Origin: Macrostomum lignano
Lineage: Eukaryota
Direction: 5' to 3'
NCBI GenBank assembly: GCA_002269645.1
Contig: NIVC01004435.1
Span: 1 to 27,741, forward strand
Length of the DNA: 27,741 bases
Shown: positions 21,072 through 27,741 of the stretch, piece by piece
Layout: each line of letters starts with the position of its first letter
Position numbering within the stretch: the first letter of the stretch is position 1
Notes under the pieces: generated by a model
Database searches by the model: none
Told to the model about the DNA's origin: nothing
The model's input: only the letters and a program-made list of their open reading frames with translations
Made by a program: the position numbers and the translations under genes

Positions 21072-21407
21072 TGCTGCCACCCCTGGTGCTGCGGCCCCTG
21101 GTGCTGCCACCCCTGGTGCTGCGGCCCTAGTGCTGCCACCACTGGTGCTGCCACCCCTGGTGCTGCGGCCCTGGTGCTGCCACCACTGGTGCTGCCACCC
21201 CTGGTGCTGCGGCCCCTGGTGCTGCGGCCCTAGTGCTGCCACCCCTGGTGCTGCGGCCCCTGGTGCTGCCACCCCTGGTGCTGCGGCCCCTGGTGCTGCC
21301 ACCCCTGGTGCTGCCACCCCTGGTGCTGCGGCCCTAGTGCTGCTGCCCCTGGTGCTGCTGCCGCTGGTGCTGCGGCCCTAGTGCTGCCACCCCTGGTGCT
21401 GGCACCC
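21072..21407. repeat. 15-bp minisatellite (TGCTGCCACCCCTGG / TGCTGCGGCCCCTGG)n
   Basis: Two alternating 15-bp variants plus 14-bp deletion units. Confidence 0.95.
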
Positions 21408-22109
21408 ACTTATTGAACAGTCTATTTGTCGGGAGCTTCAATTTTCCACTTTTTCATGCCTACTGTCAGTAGAAGGCATGGTTGGTGGCTAAATTAAATT
21501 AAACACCCCAGACGGCAATTTTATCAATAGTCAGTTTCAAACTTCGCCCAGTGGACAATGCGTGAGGTTTTGTGTTTCTATATTTTTTGTTAATCATTGA
21601 TTCAATTTTTACTCGCAAGCGAAAAGCAAAAAAAATATGCCAGCGAAAAAATAGGCGAGCCAGTCTGTGAGAAATGGCCGGAAAGCCGGAGCGAATTGCA
21701 ATTGGATTTGTGCCTTGGCAGCAGCACAGATATTCACAATAATATACGTCAGTATGCGCAGCAACAACATGCATGCATTGTACAGGTGCTGTATCAGAAG
21801 ATGGATTTATCAGACAGAAAATAGCTGGGACTGAACAGGGAACTGCTGGTGATACGTATTAAATACACATCAGTAAATAACTTCTGGCTGTTACAGTAAG
21901 CACTGGGCAATGCAGCTTTCTATTACAGTAAAAATACAAGACAGACAATGTAGATGCTGATCTGATATCGTTAATTTACACTGATTTATCGTGCACGAGG
22001 CTGGCATTGGAGAAGTTAAAAGATTCACTAAAAACTAAATTATCATATAAGCTTACAATACGCAGAACAAATGGAGCTCATAGCCTGGACTTTATCCATT
22101 GATTTTTTG

Positions 22110-22629
22110 AATAAATAAATGGTGCAATAATGGGGTCACTACTCAGAAATATGCTATGAAACGGATAACAGTGCCAACTGACAACAAGTTCTTAGGCTGG
22201 GGGCTGTGCGGGCCATCACTCCGATTGCAACTCGAGCCGGGGCTCTGCAGGGACCGGCAGAATTGGGAGAAATTCGAAAAATTAATAAAGAAAAACTCGC
22301 AGGGAACATGAGACAACTGCTGGGTTGCTATGGAAACAACAATTATTACACACCAATAAGCTTGCTGTAAAAATAAACAGAGGATGTAAGAATGGTAGCC
22401 GAGTATAACTAGTTAATTATTAATTAATTAATATTAGTATTTGCTATTGCTATTGGGCTGCCTGAATAAAAACCAACAAACTTCAAACTTGATAGACAGA
22501 CTGCAAGTGAACTTTAATTTAATTTAGTTTTAAGTCCCATTTCAATCTAAAATATTTCATGCCAAAGTTGATGCGAGGCCCCAAAGTTCAGAGAAATTTA
22601 GTTAATTTTTATAAATTGTTAATAAATAA
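22110..22629 (-). promoter_or_regulatory. AU-rich elements in the putative 3' UTR of the SERTA/IER-like gene
   Basis: TTATTTATT nonamers on the minus strand at 22629-22621 and 22118-22110. The UTR end is unknown. Confidence 0.35.
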
Positions 22630-22862
22630 AAATGGTTTGGTAAATACTAATGCATAAACCTCAGGATGTTAAACAAAATAAGAATTTCCAAAGTTCAAAA
22701 TTCAGTCATTTGAATTGAAAAATAACAACAATATTCGCTAGGCGAATGAAAAGCACTCGGGCCAAGTGTTGGCAAAGCCAAAACCAAAGCCGAAAGCAGA
22801 AGCCGATGAGGCAGCGGTGGAGGCTGAGACCACCTGTTGGCGGCAGCTCCAGGCCGACATGG

Positions 22863-23567
22863 TCAGGTCAACGAACGAAGCTTGCAGGCTGCGCAGCTCC
22901 GCAGTCGGGGAGTCGCAGAGTCCTCCGGGGCGTCGCCCTCGTCCTCCTCAGATGACAGGCTCTGGCGGGTGCGCTTGGGGCGCGGGCGGGCCGGCTGCTT
23001 CCGCTTGCGGGACGGCGTCGGCGGCTGCTGCGGCTGCGGCTCCGGCGGCTCATCGAGGTCCTGGATGGACAGCTCCACGGAGGACAGCACGATGGCGTCT
23101 GCGCTGGCACTCAGCGCATCGTCCTCGTTGTTGTCGTTGACGCTTTTGACTTCCTCCTCGACTTCACTAACGACGTCAACCGGGCAGTAGCCGAAAGCAG
23201 ACTGCGGCTCTGCTAGAGGCAGCTCGGGCTCTTCTGCAACTTGCGACTGCGGCTGTTGGGGCAGTCGGGTTGGTGCACCGCCGCAGTATCCGGTGGGTGG
23301 CTGCATCTGCGGTCGGGCCTCGAGGAACTCCAGGGCTCGTTCGTGCAGAATGCCAGCCCTCGCTTTGCCCATCGCGCTGGCAATAAGCAGGGTTCGGCGT
23401 AGGTCGCCCTGCTGCTTGCGCCGCCGCTGCCCAGTTGAAGTTGTCGTTGAAAGCTTTTCGATAGACCACTGAAGAATTTTGCCGTAGGCCGGACGCTCCT
23501 CTTCAGTGTCCGCTGCCGGGTCGTCAATAAAATGCGAATGTTGCTGCTGTATGCTGCTGCTGTACAT
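22863..23567 (-). CDS. Intronless 234-aa protein with a SERTA/IER-type N-terminal motif and a basic NLS
   Basis: True ATG at 23567; GC-rich ORF in AT-rich flanks; motif KILQWSIEKL...DLRRTLLIASAMGKAR; acidic middle region; RKRKQPARPRPKRTR. Confidence 0.75.
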   Translation of the reverse strand: MYSSSIQQQHSHFIDDPAADTEEERPAYGKILQWSIEKLSTTTSTGQRRRKQQGDLRRTLLIASAMGKARAGILHERALEFLEARPQMQPPTGYCGGAPTRLPQQPQSQVAEEPELPLAEPQSAFGYCPVDVVSEVEEEVKSVNDNNEDDALSASADAIVLSSVELSIQDLDEPPEPQPQQPPTPSRKRKQPARPRPKRTRQSLSSEEDEGDAPEDSATPRLRSCAACKLRSLT

Positions 23568-23784
23568 TGCTGCTGACGACTGAGAAATTTACACATGCGA
23601 TGCCGATGAATTTGTACAGGAATTGAAGCTTGAATGAAAGTTGAAGCCGTCTTTTTGCTGTTTTTTTTGTTTTTTTACAAATGACCGGGCGTTAAGCCCT
23701 GGGTTTCGCTTCGCCCGCTGAACGCGCTGGCTTAATGTGTGGGGTTGGGCTTGAGAGAAAGTCCGAAGTCGTTAAGCCTTATCT

Positions 23785-23910
23785 AGCTTTATACCCTCTC
23801 CCTCACACGCTAAGGCTTTCTACTGGGGGGGGGGGCTGTGGGGCAGACTTTCAGGGTCTCTATTGGCTGTTCTATTTTTAGCCCAGCTGCTCCGCTCTGC
23901 TAACGTCAGC
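23785..23910 (-). promoter_or_regulatory. Candidate promoter of the SERTA/IER-like gene (TATA, CCAAT, CRE-like site)
   Basis: On the minus strand: TATAAA at 23793-23788, CCAAT at 23866-23862 and TGACGT at 23908-23903, in the expected order upstream of the ATG. Confidence 0.5.
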
Positions 23911-25398
23911 CTTCTATGTTTTTCCCACCACAGACTGCTGCTGTTAGGCTTGAGTGGGCCAAGGGGGTATGGAGTCTTCGATTTTCTAGCCCGCACGCCC
24001 CACCCCTCTCCTTGCGGCCGGGGTCCAATGTACATTCACTGCGTACACTTTATTACATATCGGAGGGTAGGATTTCCTCGCTCAGAACTGGCAGACGGGC
24101 ATAAACTGGGGCATAGAAAACTTCAGCCTTCTAAGCCCGGCCCTCAGCCATCTAAGCAAAACTAGCTCTCGCTTTGGTGTACATTTCACTCAGTAGGAAA
24201 GACGACCGCTCTAGCAACTCGCTACACAAAGGCAGGCAACAAACATTCACAGCCTTTTCTATTAAGAGACCCACCCATATGTGCGTCATTATGAGCCTTC
24301 GGTTTGAGTCTAATTTGTGGACTAGAGAGCCTGCATCAGGACAAATGATGATGATTCTGGCTGGTTGGAATGAGTCGCGTCGATACCAGTATTCAAATCC
24401 CTTCACTTCTTCCCAGCCCATCAGTGCCATCACTAATTAAGCATTCCAGTATAGTATCTCATTCCTATTCTAGCCAAGCAGAGAAGAGACCAGAACTACC
24501 TCTCTCTCTCTCTTAGGTTGCTAGTGCCTCCGATTCTGATGGAAAATCGATTAATCACCGGCACCGCTTGATAAATTTCGAATTCTCGCTGTTCTGCCTG
24601 TCCGACAGCCTTTTTCTAGCACTTCGGCTTTTGTTACGAGTAGATAAGAATTATCGCTCAGGGCTTCGGCTTTGAGATCTCAGCGACCACATCCGATCCA
24701 TTCGAGCAACCAGGCAAGCAACTCGGGGAAACCTGACCGAACACCCCATCCAAGTTCTAAGAAAATCTTGTTTCTAAGAAACCGTTCGACACGCAAGTCA
24801 CTTTTTCATATTCACAAAAGACAAAACCTTTCTGACAACCCCAGATGGCATTTCTGGAAATAATCATGAAATCATTACTAGAATGGAGACCAGAAACTTC
24901 TTCAGCCAGCGCTTCCGCAATGAGTTGGCAAGTCAAGCTTGCAGTGACACTACTACACGGTCCCCAATTCACTGAGGACAAATTTCTTGAAATCCACAAC
25001 CCACAAGCAGTTGCGAGACCATGACGAAAGCTTAGAATGCATTATTTTTAGAATAAGCAACAACTGCAAGCAGATCGGGTTGGCTTAACGTACAGAACTT
25101 GTTATTGCTTTTGCACAGCTCAGCATAATATGAACTGCAAACTCGGTACTTGATATCGCTGACTGCGCACTTGTCTGCTTTCCATTCTGCAGAGCTTACT
25201 GTGTGGAGCTGTCTAGTGAGAAAACAAGTGCTGCTCCAGGCCAACTACTCACTCATTTATCTATAAATGCAAATGATTCTTCATCACTTGGGTGGGGTTG
25301 TTTTCACAGCCCCAAATTCCAGTCAAGTCGCATGAGGGGAGCCTTCAGGCTACTTGAAGAGATTTTCTTACCAGCGAAATTCTAAAATAAATATTTAC

Positions 25399-26100
25399 TG
25401 TGAAGATTCGGGATTGTGAAGATTGGGGATTGTGAAAATTGGGGATTGTGAAGATTGGGGATTGTGAAGATTGGGTATTGTGAAAATTGGGGATTGTGAA
25501 AATTGGGGATTGTGAAGATTGGGGATTGTGAAAATTGGGGATTGTGAAAATTGGGGATTGTGAAAATTGGGGATTGTGAAAATTGGGGATTGTGAAAATT
25601 CGGGATTGTGAAAATTGGGATTGTGAAGATTGGGGATTGTGAAAATTGGGGATTGTGAAAATTGGGGATTGTGAAAATTGGGGATTGTGAAAATTGGGGA
25701 TTGTGAAAATTCGGGATTGTGAAAATTGGGGATTGTGAAAATTGGGGATTGTGAAAATTGGGGATTGTGAAAATTGGGGATTGTGAAAATTGGGGATTGT
25801 GAAAATTGGGGATTGTGAAAATTGGGGATTGTGAAAATTGGGGACTGTGAAAATTGGGGATTGTGAAGATTGGGGATTGTGAAGATTGGGGATTGTGAAG
25901 ATTGGGGATTGTGAAGATTGGGGATTGTGAAGATTGGGGATTGAGAAGATTGGGGATTGTAAAGATTGGGGATTGTGAAGATTCGGATTGTGAAGATTGG
26001 GGATTGTGAAAATTGAGGATTGTGAAGATTGGGGATTGTGAAAATTGGGGATTGTGAAGATTGGGGATTGTAAAAATTGGGGATTGTGAAGATTGGGGGA
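25399..26100. repeat. 16-bp minisatellite (GGGGATTGTGAARATT)n, about 44 units
   Basis: Tandem units directly visible; source of track ORF 25395..26135. Confidence 0.97.
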
Positions 26101-27741
26101 AATATCGTGCGCGGTTCGAATATTCGGATCCCCAATTTAGTGCTGATGAGGATCGTTAATTTTTATAAACAAGAAGCAAAGAAACTCTGGGTCAGCTGAC
26201 CTGAAGGCCATGGGGGCAGTTCAGTGGCTGTCTGGTGTGTAATTTCTATTTTTAGCGCACCCAGCAGCCCGTCCAGTTAGCAGTCACCCTTGCAATGGAA
26301 AATTCCACTGTCTATAACATTCGCAACGCACAGCAGATTTCTTCGCCAACCTTCACATGTCAGGCATCAATCCGCTGGACCCAGATCGCCTTTTCAAATC
26401 CATCTGCATAACTCTTACTGTTTCAATCTATAAAAATTACCTGGGAGCGATATTAAATTGGAAGGCGCTATTTTTGCTTTTGCTTTGACCTTGCTGTCAA
26501 ATTAAAATTCTACTTGGCGTCTTGGCCTGACTAAGCTGGTATGAGCGTATGACTGCTAGAACTTAGAAGCATTGTATTAGAAGGCACCTAAACGCAGAGC
26601 CGCTCTCTCGCAGACCAAATTAGCCTGGCTAAGTAGAAGTAGAAGTTAGGTCTGTTTTTCGGGGCGCGGCTCCGCCAGTTCGAACCCTGGACAACTTGTA
26701 CATAGCCTGGGCCTTTAACCAGCGTGTCAATGCCTGACCAGATGAAAGTGTACAGCGCCTAATTAGTACACGTCGAAAAGTTTTGATAACAAAATAGCTG
26801 AAAGTTCTATTTTGATTGCTTTTCCTGCACGGCAAGAGTTTCAGTATTTGCAGGTGCTTTGCATTCTGTGCTTGTACGACTCGTAGAACTCGTGCAGATT
26901 AGTTTGCCTGCACCCCAGCAAAGTAAACATTTTTATATCTGCAGTTCATTGTCAATGCGCGATCACTTTCTAAAGGTTACTTCAACGAGCCGCAGAAGCA
27001 CCTTCCACTACTGTCTACTTGAACAGCTTTATGAATCGTTATTAATCTTGTATAGCAGCATGACTGCTTCAAAGACTTCCAACGGTAAACGCCCCATCAA
27101 TTTTTGAACATGCTAGAGGCTAGAGCACATTGGATAGGCCGACTCAACTCTGCGGGATAAGAAAGTCCCAGTGAGTCATATCGCAACTGCTGAAAATAGA
27201 AGAGAACACAGACAAGCTCAACCCCGCGACTGGGTCTTTGTTCGCAGATCGCAGTTATCACAGAGAAAAGAAATTCGATTGTTATGCAATCCCGCAGGAT
27301 TTTGGCACCATTTCAGCGACCCGGCGATGGGTTATAGGGCGTATAGGGGAGTTGAAACTCAATGCCAATGGCAACAAAGACAGGCCACAACCGAGAGCAG
27401 CACAAAGACCTTAGTCCCTGCTTCTCCTATGCCCTGGCCGTGGCAATCTTTGTTTGAATGAAGTGGCCCATGCACGCGATGCGACCCCCGTTAGCCTGTG
27501 AGTCATCCTTAGGGCCCAGCACGTAACCCGGCCCATTCGAGCGGCTGTCCCACCAGGGACATGTGACTGATCCTACTGCTTAATAACGATTCTCTCCGGT
27601 CGATGACTCAGCCTCAGCTTTAATTCTTTCTTAATCAATTGTCAGTCAAGACTTTTTATACATTGCTAGACAGTGCGCAGTATACGCTGCAGAGGAATGA
27701 AAACTGAAGGCCAGTGATGGAGGCAATGGCGTGGGGACCAC

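Noticed and set aside
21024-21381. Pro/Ala/Cys-rich ORFs (PWCCHPWCCG, AAPGAAT)
   Set aside because: Translations of the 15-bp array with no flanking coding context or splice support.
22746-23596. Plus-strand ORFs overlapping the SERTA/IER-like gene
   Set aside because: Antisense shadows of a GC-rich CDS.
25395-26135. 246-aa minus-strand ORF (PIFTIPNFHNPQFSQS)n
   Set aside because: Translation of the 16-bp array from a non-ATG start.
26100-27741. Short ORFs in the last 1.6 kb
   Set aside because: No recognisable motif or consistent splice structure.

Overview
Eukaryotic (metazoan) genomic DNA. The GC-rich coding style, AT-rich spacers and dense minisatellites resemble a flatworm such as Macrostomum, but the species is an inference only. 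Contents: (1) at 1-3200, a Ngaro-type tyrosine-recombinase (DIRS-order) retrotransposon with gag, RT/RNase H and YR. It has five single-base frameshifts and an in-frame loss of the RT N-terminal core. Read by hand, it shows an N-terminal SAP-like motif in Gag, an A-AAA-AAC slippery site plus hairpin linking gag to the RT frame (-1), and a phase-compatible GT-AG intron that would fuse the Gag N-terminus to the ATG-less recombinase. Together these suggest a three-product expression scheme. (2) A five-exon GAB/DOS-family docking-protein gene (6751-14486, +, 451 aa predicted) whose three large introns each hold tandem arrays. One array grew inside a copy of the MITE-like element at 20577-20823. 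(3) An intronless SERTA/IER-like gene (23567-22863, -) with TATA, CCAAT, a CRE-like site and AU-rich elements. (4) About a dozen tandem arrays, which generate most of the long ORFs in the track as artefacts. The 15-20 kb and 24-27.7 kb stretches contain coding-like patches I could not assign.
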